Part shown: positions 9,491-17,843 of the stretch, in pieces
How positions within the stretch are numbered: position 1 is the stretch's first letter
Layout: each line of letters begins with the position of its first letter
Source: Alphaproteobacteria bacterium
Lineage (GTDB): Bacteria; Pseudomonadota; Alphaproteobacteria; JBFXJJ01
Length of the DNA stretch: 64,000 nt
NCBI GenBank assembly: GCA_050175015.1
Contig: JBFXJJ010000002.1
Span: 64,001-128,000 of the forward strand
Direction of reading: 5' to 3'
Made by a program: the position numbers and the translations under genes
Notes under the pieces: generated by a model
What the model was told of the DNA's origin: nothing
What the model saw: only the letters and a program-made list of their open reading frames with translations
Database searches by the model: none

Positions 9491-10239
9491 TTTTTAGATG
9501 CTTCCTTTCGTTTCGCTTCTTCTTGCTCTAGCTTTTCTGCCAACTTGTAAAGCTTATCAATATCTTTGAAATTTTTGTTTTCTGACAAGTTTTTAACTTC
9601 TTCTAATAAATATTTAAACTCATCATCATAAATCTTTAGTTCTTTTGCTTTGTTTTCTGCCTCAGTAAATAATATTTCGTTTAAAAAGCTATCTGCATAA
9701 AATAGAAATTTATTAACTGTGCCTTGATTGCAAGTAATTTTTTTATATTCTTCAAAATCAGATATGATTCCTTTTAGTATTCTTACATCTAATTCAAAAA
9801 GTTCTTGCTTTATAATATCTTGAGAACAGTCAATTTTTTTTAGAAATTGTATAATATTATTTCTATATTTTATATGTTCAGTAATTTTTAAACCCGAAAT
9901 ATTAGTGCCATATTTTATACTTGAAAATCTTAAAGTCTGAATTATAGGGGCAGATAAAACCCCTGCTAAATCTTTTAGTTCTTGAATGGTTTGTTTTGCT
10001 TTTTGAGTGGTTTCTTCTGCCTCTGTTATAACTTTAAGTAAGTTAAAAAGGGTTAATTCTTTTATTTTAAAGCTAAATAAAACTATTAAAGTTATTCCTA
10101 TAACGCCAACAACAATACCGCTTTGGGGTTCATGCCCTTCAAAAACAACAACAAGTCCAAAAACCAATAAACCAAATAATGTTTTTAAAATGTTGGTCAT
10201 ATTATTTAAAAGCCATTCCCATAATTCTTTCCAAGTCAT
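9487..10239 (-). CDS. Hypothetical protein with two N-terminal TM helices and a coiled-coil/helical C-terminus
   Basis: AAGGAG RBS before the ATG at 10239; hydrophobic LFGLLVFGLVVVF and IVVGVIGITLIVLF; 4-nt overlap with the HEPN gene. Confidence 0.75.
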   Translation of the reverse strand: MTWKELWEWLLNNMTNILKTLFGLLVFGLVVVFEGHEPQSGIVVGVIGITLIVLFSFKIKELTLFNLLKVITEAEETTQKAKQTIQELKDLAGVLSAPIIQTLRFSSIKYGTNISGLKITEHIKYRNNIIQFLKKIDCSQDIIKQELFELDVRILKGIISDFEEYKKITCNQGTVNKFLFYADSFLNEILFTEAENKAKELKIYDDEFKYLLEEVKNLSENKNFKDIDKLYKLAEKLEQEEAKRKEASKK

Positions 10240-10252
10240 TTTTAAAAACTCC

Positions 10253-11959
10253 TTATGCCTCTTCGCCAAAACCAAGATAGCTTAAATTCTTTTTAATTAT
10301 ATTATCTAACTCTTGCCCTTGTTTCATCTGTTCATAAAGCTTGGTGGATAAGTCTTTCATTTTATCGGCAAAGGGTATGCCGTCATCTTCTATTTCTTCC
10401 GCTCCAACATAACGACCTGGCGTTAATACATAATCTTGAGCTTTTACTTCTTCTAAATTTGCCGATTTGCAAAAACCCGCGATATCCTGATAATCTTCGC
10501 CATTTTGCCAAGCGTGCAAAGTGCTTGCAATTTTTGCTATATCTTCTTTGGTAAAATCTCTTAAAACCCTGTCTACCATAAAGCCAAGGTTCCTCGCATC
10601 TATAAATAATATCTCGCCCTTACGCTCTCTTTTGCCGTTTTTGTTTTTATCTTTGGTTAGAAACCATATACAAGCTGGAATCTGCGTATTGGTAAAAAGC
10701 TGTCCTGGTAAGGCTACCATACATTCGACTAAATCATTCTCGATTAAGTTTTTGCGGATTTCTCCCTCGTTATTGGTGTTAGAGCTCATCGAACCATTAG
10801 CAAGAAGTAAAGCCATAGAACCTGTTGGCGATAGATGATAAAGCATATGTTGCAACCATGCAAAGTTAGCGTTGCCCTGCGGAGGTGTGCCATATTGCCA
10901 ACGTGCATCGCCTTCTAATCTGGCACTCCACCAATCTTTCATATTAAACGGCGGATTTGCCATTACAAAATCGGCTCTTAAATCGGGGTGCTGGTCATCA
11001 AGAAAAGTGTCGGCATTCTTTTTGCCAAAGTTAAAATCAATGCCTCTTATAACCATATTCATTGCGGCAAGTTTCCACGTTGTCGGATTTGCTTCTTGCC
11101 CATATACCGAAATCCGCCTTTTCTGCTCGGCGACGTTATAGTTTTTATCCTTAGCGTGTTCTTCAATAAATCTATCACTTGAAACAAAGAAACCACCAGA
11201 GCCACAAGCGGGGTCATAAACTCGCCCCTTATAAGGTTCTAGCATTTCAACAATTAAGGTTACGATGCTTTTAGGGGTGTAATACTGCCCACCCTGTTTG
11301 CCTTCTGCTAAAGCAAATTGTCCTAAAAAATACTCGTAAACATGCCCTAAAATATCTTTGCTTTTTAAGCTTAGCTTTTCGCCTTTATATTCAGGATTGA
11401 TAAAAATAGTATTAGAAAAAGTTTCGCTGATTAAGCTTGCTAGTTTTTCATTATCTAGCTGATACATACTAATTCGATTTAAGATGCCTTTAAGCTTAGG
11501 GTTTTCTTTTTCAATCTCATCAAGGGCATTGTCAATCAACCAAGAAATAGAACGGAGCTTTACATCTTTTCCCTGCTCATCTTGCCATAAGGTCGAACCT
11601 ATCGGCAAAGCCACAGATTTTTGTAAAAACTGCCATCTTGCGTGAGGTGGAACCCAAATCACATTTTTTTCTTGGTAATATTCTAAAAGCTCTAGCTCTT
11701 GATTAAGTGCTGTTTTGTATTCTTCATCAGATTTATAATCATCACGGGGTAAGTAATAAACGTTATCTGGCTTGTTATCTTTAAAAAGAGCGATTAACTC
11801 GTTTTGACGTTCTTCAAAAGCATCAGAGACATATTTTAAAAAAACTAAACCTAACGCAATATGCTTATAATTAGCGGCGTCCATATTAGAACGAAGCTTA
11901 TCGGCTGATTTCCAAAGTTTGTCGTCTAGTTCTTTTAAAAAATCCTGCTCTTTAGTCAT
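10253..11959 (-). CDS. hsdM: Type I R-M m6A methyltransferase subunit
   Basis: LWKSADKLR, GQYYTP, DPACGSGGF (motif I), NPPF (motif IV), LTPGRYVG. Confidence 0.97.
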   Translation of the reverse strand: MTKEQDFLKELDDKLWKSADKLRSNMDAANYKHIALGLVFLKYVSDAFEERQNELIALFKDNKPDNVYYLPRDDYKSDEEYKTALNQELELLEYYQEKNVIWVPPHARWQFLQKSVALPIGSTLWQDEQGKDVKLRSISWLIDNALDEIEKENPKLKGILNRISMYQLDNEKLASLISETFSNTIFINPEYKGEKLSLKSKDILGHVYEYFLGQFALAEGKQGGQYYTPKSIVTLIVEMLEPYKGRVYDPACGSGGFFVSSDRFIEEHAKDKNYNVAEQKRRISVYGQEANPTTWKLAAMNMVIRGIDFNFGKKNADTFLDDQHPDLRADFVMANPPFNMKDWWSARLEGDARWQYGTPPQGNANFAWLQHMLYHLSPTGSMALLLANGSMSSNTNNEGEIRKNLIENDLVECMVALPGQLFTNTQIPACIWFLTKDKNKNGKRERKGEILFIDARNLGFMVDRVLRDFTKEDIAKIASTLHAWQNGEDYQDIAGFCKSANLEEVKAQDYVLTPGRYVGAEEIEDDGIPFADKMKDLSTKLYEQMKQGQELDNIIKKNLSYLGFGEEA

Positions 11960-12104
11960 TGTTTTTTAGTTCCTAAATATTGTTTTTATTTCCAAATTAA
12001 AGTAATAGAAAAAATAGAAATAATCAAATTTTTAAAAATTAGTTTGGTGTATAACTTAACCACGTTGAGCAATGCAATTGCGAATAAGATAATCCAAGTT
12101 TGTT

Positions 12105-12141
12105 GGCAGGAGAAAAGTGATATTACTTTTCATGTCCTGCC
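12105..12141 (+). other. Candidate MOBP oriT (inverted repeat plus nic-like GTCCTG^C)
   Basis: GGCAGGA-GAAAAGT-gatatt-ACTTTTC-ATGTCCTGCC; the layout of an inverted repeat followed by RTCCTG/C resembles the RP4 nic region. Confidence 0.4.
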
Positions 12142-12160
12142 TTCTTAACCTAATAAGACA

Positions 12161-12460
12161 CATTGCAAAAGATTGCAAAAGAGGTGGAATAATTGATAAA
12201 TTTTGCGAAAGATGTGCAAAGCCTTTGTTTGTAAGGGTTTGATGCTGGCTTAATTATGCAAAAATTGAGAAAGAACTGGATTTTTTGAGAAAGAAGAACA
12301 AAAATTGAAAAACTTGGAGAAACTCCTTATTTTTCAACGGTTACAGGGTGGTAAAATTGATAAAATTTGCAAAAGAAGTGGACTCTTGTGGAATCTCTTA
12401 AATCCTCTTAAACTAGCTGATAAAATATGATAATTTTTGAGCAAAGCCTTGTTTTTCAGA
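12161..12460. repeat. Non-coding array of degenerate decamers with 10-bp phasing
   Basis: TTG-led units at 12163, 12173, 12193, 12203, 12265, 12285, 12305, 12357 and 12367; GTGGA at 12378/12388; CTCTTAAA at 12395/12405; TGA at 12418/12428/12438. Confidence 0.65.
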
Positions 12461-12468
12461 GCTTTAGC

Positions 12469-12759
12469 TTACAGGTTAAGATTTTTGCTCATTTTATCAT
12501 GCAAAACCCTTACTATGAAGATATTGTCCTTTGAGACTTTGTAAAAAACATTATGGCTTTGAATTGTGTGTTGAAAATAGCCTTGTCTTATATAATCAAC
12601 GGATACGCCAATATAAGGGTTCTCCTGCAAATTTAAAAAATGCCTTTTTAATTCGTTTATGTAAAGATTGGCTTGCTCTTTGCCAAAAACATTAAAGGAA
12701 TAAAGCCAAATATCTCTAATATCTTTTTCGGCTTTCTTTGAAATTGTTAATTTTAACAT
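12469..12759 (-). CDS. parE: ParE/RelE family type II toxin
   Basis: 'ISKKAEKDIRDIWLYS..FG..QA..Y', 'NPYIG', 'IVRVLH'; coupled to the antitoxin gene. Confidence 0.9.
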   Translation of the reverse strand: MLKLTISKKAEKDIRDIWLYSFNVFGKEQANLYINELKRHFLNLQENPYIGVSVDYIRQGYFQHTIQSHNVFYKVSKDNIFIVRVLHDKMSKNLNL

Positions 12760-12986
12760 CAGTTATGTTCTTTGTTTAAAGCTTCGATAATATCATCAAT
12801 GCTATTAGGGCTTGTTCCGCTTTGTTCACCTTCGATTAAAGCTTGTCTTAAAACTTCAATTTCTTCAATATTATGACGGATTAAATCTCTAACATAATCG
12901 CTGGCATTCGCATATTTGCCAGTTTCAACTTGAGTTTCAACCCATGATTTCATGGTGTTTGGTAAAGATATGTTCATTGTTGCCAT
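12759..12986 (-). CDS. parD: ParD-family ribbon-helix-helix antitoxin
   Basis: MATMNISLP...GKYANASDYVRDLIR...LRQALIEGEQSG. Confidence 0.92.
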   Translation of the reverse strand: MATMNISLPNTMKSWVETQVETGKYANASDYVRDLIRHNIEEIEVLRQALIEGEQSGTSPNSIDDIIEALNKEHN

Positions 12987-13004
12987 TTTTCTGTCCTCCT
13001 AGAT

Positions 13005-13040
13005 TTATAATGGCATAGATTGGCAAAGATTGTCAATATT
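13005..13040 (-). promoter_or_regulatory. parDE promoter/operator
   Basis: Minus-strand TTGACA overlapping the 10-bp repeats TGGCATAGAT/TGGCAAAGAT/TGTCAATATT. Confidence 0.55.
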
Positions 13041-13250
13041 ATGAAGTTTAAAGTTAAAAGGTTTTTCACATACCCATACAGAAGCCAGAGCTTTTGGATT
13101 TTTTATTATTACCTCAAACTTTTGGAAACAAGCGAAATACTTTTATTTTCAAGATGTTGAGCTTAAATTTTTCCAGAAGTGGAATTTTGCAGACTAACTT
13201 TAACACTCCTAGACACTCAAAGATTGTTTTAAAAAAACATATATTTTTAT

Positions 13251-13292
13251 AAAAAAACACCTCAATAAATTTGATTAAAGAGGTGATTTTTT
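13251..13292 (-). terminator. Terminator of the MCP gene
   Basis: A7-CACCTC...GAGGTG-ATTTTTT. Confidence 0.5.
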
Positions 13293-13315
13293 ATTTTTAA
13301 AATCAACTTTAGTTT

Positions 13316-15274
13316 TTACGTTTTTCTAATTTTATCAATAAAGCTTGCAACTTCGTTTTTAAGCTCTGCAGATTTTTCAGATAGCTCTTTAGATGCAGAT
13401 AAAACTTGATTAGCAGCTGAACCAGCTTCGCCTGCGGCTTGAGTTACTCCACCAATGTTGCTTGAAACTTCGGTTGTTCCTTGAGAGGCTTGTTCAACAT
13501 TTCTTGAAATTTCAGAAGTTGCCGCCCCTTGTTCTTCAACGGCACTTGCTATTGCTGTTGAAATTTCATCAATTTTATTAATAACATCACCAATTCTAGT
13601 AATAGCCTCAACGGCACTATTAGTTTTTTCTTGAACATCAGAAATTTGACCAGAGATTTCTTCGGTTGCTTTAGCTGTTTGATTAGCTAAATTTTTAACT
13701 TCACTAGCAACAACCGCAAAGCCTTTGCCTGCATCGCCAGCTCTTGCAGCTTCAATAGTTGCATTAAGAGCAAGAAGGTTAGTTTGATTAGCAATATCAG
13801 TAATTAAATTAACCACTTCGCTAATTCTTTGAGCTGATTCTGCTAAGCTACCAACAATTTCATTAGTTGAATGAACTTCATTAACTGCTTGTTTTGCAAT
13901 CTCTGATTCTTCTGTTACTTGCCTTGATATTTCAGAAATAGAAGCTGATAATTCTTCAGAAGCGGCGGCAACTGTTTGAACATTAGCAGCAGCCTGCTCT
14001 GATGCTGCGGCAACTGCCGTTGCCTGTTGTGCTGTCTGTTCTGATATAGCCGACATACTTTCTGCGGTTGAGTTTAACTCGGTTGATGCAGAAGATACAG
14101 TTTCTACAATTTCAGTTATAGTTTTTTCAAAATCAGAAATAATAATTTCAAGCTGTTTTAATCTTTCGATCTGTTTTTGTTGTTCTTTTTTAGCATCTTC
14201 TTCTAGCTTTTTAGCTTTAATAGAGTTATCTTTAAAAACTTGCATAGCTTCAGCCATATCGCCTATTTCATCTTTATTATCAGATTTTGGCACTTCTACC
14301 TGCAAGTTGCCTTCAGATAAACTCTTCATTGCTTTAGTCATATTAACAATTGGGTTAGCAATTTTACTCGATAATAGATAAGCAATTAAATTACCTAGCA
14401 AAAAGATTATTATAGTTGTTATAAAAAGAGTTCTTTTGACTATATTTGTTTGTGTAATATATTCACTTGTATCCATTGTAATTTCTATTACCGCAACATT
14501 TTTGCCCTCAAAATCTTGAATTGGTGCAAATAAAGTTGCAATTGGAGTATTGTTAATATTTCCATAGAGCAAACTTGTTTTGTTATTAAGAGCATTTAAA
14601 CGTATTTCTTTGGTAGCTTTTGGATTGCTTAAGGTTTCGGCGAAAGTTACAAACTCCCCATCTCTTTGAACATATAAGCCAATATCAACTCCAAAAGTAT
14701 TTTTAAATTCTTCCACTAATTCTTTACCAAAGCTCATGCCAAATTCAACCGAACCAGTATGATTGTTATTGTAAAACATTGGAACAACGGCTCTAATTCC
14801 TAAATCTCCAACTCCTTTTTCTAATCCCAAACTTTCTTTTTTATTTTTATTGGTATCAATAACCGTTTTACGAAAAGAAGATAAGTCATCACCAAATTTA
14901 TTAGGCATATGAGCTCTTAAAAAAGAAGTTGCAGGAGGTGTATGAAATTGGAATTGTGCAATTCCTATGTCTTTAGCTATGCCCTTATGAACTGGAAAAA
15001 AATTTGCCAATTCTTCTCTATTCCTTTCAGCAAAAAGCTTTTGCACATCTTCCATATTAGCTACAAACAAACTTAACGCTCTGCCAGTTTCAGCTCTTTG
15101 ATTAATAAAAGAATTAAAAGTTTGATAATAGCTATTAAGCTCTCTTTGTTCAGCTCTTTCTATGGTTTTGTTTAGTCCGTAGAAAAAAACAAAAGCAGAT
15201 ATAGCACTTGCTAAAACAAGCAAACCAATAAAAGCAATTTGAGTTTTGTATTTAATTGAAATATTTCTAAACAT
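13316..15274 (-). CDS. Methyl-accepting chemotaxis protein (TM, dCache_3-like sensor, TM, HAMP, signalling domain), carried on the element
   Basis: '[29 protein letters not shown]' Cache motif; 'DEIGDMA' HAMP; [31 protein letters not shown]. Confidence 0.95.
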   Translation of the reverse strand: MFRNISIKYKTQIAFIGLLVLASAISAFVFFYGLNKTIERAEQRELNSYYQTFNSFINQRAETGRALSLFVANMEDVQKLFAERNREELANFFPVHKGIAKDIGIAQFQFHTPPATSFLRAHMPNKFGDDLSSFRKTVIDTNKNKKESLGLEKGVGDLGIRAVVPMFYNNNHTGSVEFGMSFGKELVEEFKNTFGVDIGLYVQRDGEFVTFAETLSNPKATKEIRLNALNNKTSLLYGNINNTPIATLFAPIQDFEGKNVAVIEITMDTSEYITQTNIVKRTLFITTIIIFLLGNLIAYLLSSKIANPIVNMTKAMKSLSEGNLQVEVPKSDNKDEIGDMAEAMQVFKDNSIKAKKLEEDAKKEQQKQIERLKQLEIIISDFEKTITEIVETVSSASTELNSTAESMSAISEQTAQQATAVAAASEQAAANVQTVAAASEELSASISEISRQVTEESEIAKQAVNEVHSTNEIVGSLAESAQRISEVVNLITDIANQTNLLALNATIEAARAGDAGKGFAVVASEVKNLANQTAKATEEISGQISDVQEKTNSAVEAITRIGDVINKIDEISTAIASAVEEQGAATSEISRNVEQASQGTTEVSSNIGGVTQAAGEAGSAANQVLSASKELSEKSAELKNEVASFIDKIRKT

Positions 15275-15321
15275 TTTTTATCCTTAATAATATATTTTTA
15301 TTTTTTATAAAAATTAAACTT

Positions 15322-15349
15322 ATTCTAAATTATTCTTTCTTGTTTTCAA
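15322..15349 (-). promoter_or_regulatory. Putative sigma70 promoter of the mobile MCP gene
   Basis: Minus-strand TTGAAA-16 bp-TAGAAT. Confidence 0.45.
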
Positions 15350-15353
15350 GAAT

Positions 15354-15393
<40 letters not shown>

Positions 15394-15432
15394 GAAAAAT
15401 CAAGAGTTTATCAGTAATTTTTTTTATTTTCC

Positions 15433-17220
15433 TCACATACCCATATCAAAGCCGTAGCTTTTGGATTTTTTTAAGGCGATTTCTTTTTCTTCAAGGTGTT
15501 TTTTGTAGGTTTGGAGTGTTTCTTGATAAAAGGCATCATTGGTTTTTAGGGCTTCTTTAAGTTTTTGATAATTTTCATCGTCTTTTTTAAGCTCGGGCTT
15601 TAGCTCTTTCATCATATCGTCAATGGTTTTGCTTTTGGTTCTCTCGGCTTCAATATCACCAGATATTTTATCATAAACATAAGCTGGAATATTTACTCTG
15701 CCTCCAAGTTCTTCAATATCAACAACCTTTGATACGGCATCTTTGCCATCTTCAAGATAGTAACATTTATGCTCATTATTATATTTAGCAATCTCCTTAA
15801 CAGCTTCTTGATTTTCTTGGCTTATGGGCATTTCAACATAAAAAATGGCTTTTTGTTTTTTCTCTTGATTGTTATTTCTTGCTCGCTCTTTTTTTACTTC
15901 ATCATAAACTTTATTGTAAATCTCGCTTGGAACATAAACCTTGCCACCTAAATCTTCTATTGCAATAATTTTAGAAACCTCATCTTTGCCTTCTTCAACA
16001 TAATAAAATTTGTTTTCTTTATCATATTCAGCAATATTTTTAATTGTTTCATCGTTATTTGGATTTGGAGACATTTCAACATAGAAAACGTGTGGAGTTG
16101 GCTCAAGGTTTATCCTGTTTTCTGGCTTTACTTGAGGTTGTATTTCTGTTTTAAAGCTTTTTACTGCTGGTTGGCTTTTTTTATCAGAACCTAAAAACAA
16201 GGATTTTAAAAGTTTCTTTTGAGCAACAATAATTGCCATTGCAAATGGATCTTTAGTTGCTTCTGCCATTAAAAAATCTTTCCAAGTATAGAAGGCTTTT
16301 TTGAGTAAAGATTGCTCTTTTGGTTTCTTTTTTACGGCTTGATATTTTTGCCATAAAATAGGCGTGTTTGGGTGCTTGGTTAAAGGCTTTTCGGTATAGG
16401 TTATTTTAGGTTCAACTTCATTTTTTGAATCTTCAAATTTGCCAAGTCTTTTTTCAAGTGCATTTTTAGAAAAGCTTCTATCTAAATCAGATGCTTTAAT
16501 TGCCACTTTTTCATCTTTTGAGACGATAGCTAAACCATTACCGCGTTTTTTAAGAAGCAAGCCAACTTCCTCGAAAGCATTATGTAAATCTTGCCATTTG
16601 TTAGCCTGATTTAATGCTTTGGTTAATGGCTCTTTCTTCTCTTTGACATAAGAATAAAAGCTTTGTTGCCAAGTTTTAGCTTCAAAGTCTTTAGCTTTAA
16701 TATGGGGCTTTTCATAATCTTGTTCTTTAGTTTTCTCAATTCCATTATCCGTTTTAAGATTATATTTCTTCTCCATATCACGGCATACTTTTGAGCGTTT
16801 GTAATAATCATTTGATAAGGTCGCAACTTTGAAAGTTTCAGGGTTTATTTTATTATAAGCAATATGCATATGAAAGTTATCGGTATTTTGATGGGTGCCA
16901 ACAATTCTTTGGTGAGTTTCAATCCCTAAGGCTTTGGCAAACTCGCATTCAATTTCTTTTAAGGTTTTTAAATCAGGTTTTTCATCTTTAAAAGAAACTA
17001 ATAAATGATAGGTCTTATCAAGCTTGCATCTAGTGTTTTTGCTTTGAGTATTTTCAATATCAATAATAGCTAAATCTAAATCATCAAGCGTTTCGCCAGC
17101 ATTAGAATTTACTATCCAAAAATCAGAAAGTTTTTCGCCTTCGTCTTCAGCTCCTGCGATATATTTGGCAAGCCTTCTAAAACTGCTTTTAGTGGTTCTT
17201 GGAATATGTTTAGAAATCAT
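15433..17220 (-). CDS. MOBP-family relaxase (TraI/MobA(P)-like) with a duplicated C-terminal domain
   Basis: 'FRRLAKYI' catalytic Tyr, 'TYHLLVSF...E', 'HQNTDNFHMHIAYNKI' 3H motif, 'KASDLDRSFSKNALEKRLG'. Confidence 0.9.
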   Translation of the reverse strand: MISKHIPRTTKSSFRRLAKYIAGAEDEGEKLSDFWIVNSNAGETLDDLDLAIIDIENTQSKNTRCKLDKTYHLLVSFKDEKPDLKTLKEIECEFAKALGIETHQRIVGTHQNTDNFHMHIAYNKINPETFKVATLSNDYYKRSKVCRDMEKKYNLKTDNGIEKTKEQDYEKPHIKAKDFEAKTWQQSFYSYVKEKKEPLTKALNQANKWQDLHNAFEEVGLLLKKRGNGLAIVSKDEKVAIKASDLDRSFSKNALEKRLGKFEDSKNEVEPKITYTEKPLTKHPNTPILWQKYQAVKKKPKEQSLLKKAFYTWKDFLMAEATKDPFAMAIIVAQKKLLKSLFLGSDKKSQPAVKSFKTEIQPQVKPENRINLEPTPHVFYVEMSPNPNNDETIKNIAEYDKENKFYYVEEGKDEVSKIIAIEDLGGKVYVPSEIYNKVYDEVKKERARNNNQEKKQKAIFYVEMPISQENQEAVKEIAKYNNEHKCYYLEDGKDAVSKVVDIEELGGRVNIPAYVYDKISGDIEAERTKSKTIDDMMKELKPELKKDDENYQKLKEALKTNDAFYQETLQTYKKHLEEKEIALKKSKSYGFDMGM

Positions 17221-17537
17221 AAATCCTCAATCTTTGCCCTTAAAATTGCTCGTAAATCTGCAATAGCGTTAATATGTTTGTTTAACTCTTCAGGATAAAA
17301 ATCTTCATCAAGAGCAAGTTTAAATAAATTGCCTAGCCTTGCTAAATCAGCATTGATTTTTAGTAAATCAGATATAGCTTGTTGTTTGCCAATGTTCGGC
17401 AAGGGAATATTTAAAACCGCAAATCTTAAAAGCTCTGATTGTGATAAATTATAAGCTTTAGCTAGTTCGATAAGCTTGTCTTTTTCCTGTTTGTTTAGAT
17501 AAACCAAGCTCGCAATGTTTCTTTTGTCTGGTTTCAT
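17217..17537 (-). CDS. MobC/TraJ-like relaxosome RHH protein
   Basis: 'LSQSELLR' and 'LLKINADLARLGNLFK'; 4-nt overlap with the relaxase. Confidence 0.85.
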   Translation of the reverse strand: MKPDKRNIASLVYLNKQEKDKLIELAKAYNLSQSELLRFAVLNIPLPNIGKQQAISDLLKINADLARLGNLFKLALDEDFYPEELNKHINAIADLRAILRAKIEDL

Positions 17538-17843
17538 TTAAAGCTCCTCATCAGGAATTTTTCTTTTTGGGTCAAAACGAAACTTTGGAATGGTTGTGGT
17601 TTCTTCTCTTGATTGCAGTTCTTTGCGGGCTAAAAGCCTTAAATCTTCAGGGTGCATAAAATCTTTTAGATTGATGTGCTTTTTGATAAATCGATAAAAA
17701 GATGCTTTAGAGCAGGTTATTTCTCTTTTTTCTTTTAGCTCGTTATAAATGCTGTGCCTTGTATAGCCTTGTTTTAAGAATTGCCTGATTTTGGCAGTTT
17801 TTGCGATTAGTTCATATCTAACTTGGGCGTAGTATTTAGTCAT
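17538..17843 (-). CDS. TraK-family oriT-binding protein
   Basis: 'IRQFLKQGYTRHSIYNELK...ITCSKASFYRFIKKHI' and 'PKFRFDP' fit the RP4 TraK-like pattern; directly upstream of mobC. Confidence 0.7.
   Translation of the reverse strand: MTKYYAQVRYELIAKTAKIRQFLKQGYTRHSIYNELKEKREITCSKASFYRFIKKHINLKDFMHPEDLRLLARKELQSREETTTIPKFRFDPKRKIPDEEL

Noticed and set aside
12161-12460. CRISPR array or type III TA RNA repeats
   Set aside because: Units are degenerate 10-mers without constant repeats or unique spacers, and there are no cas genes
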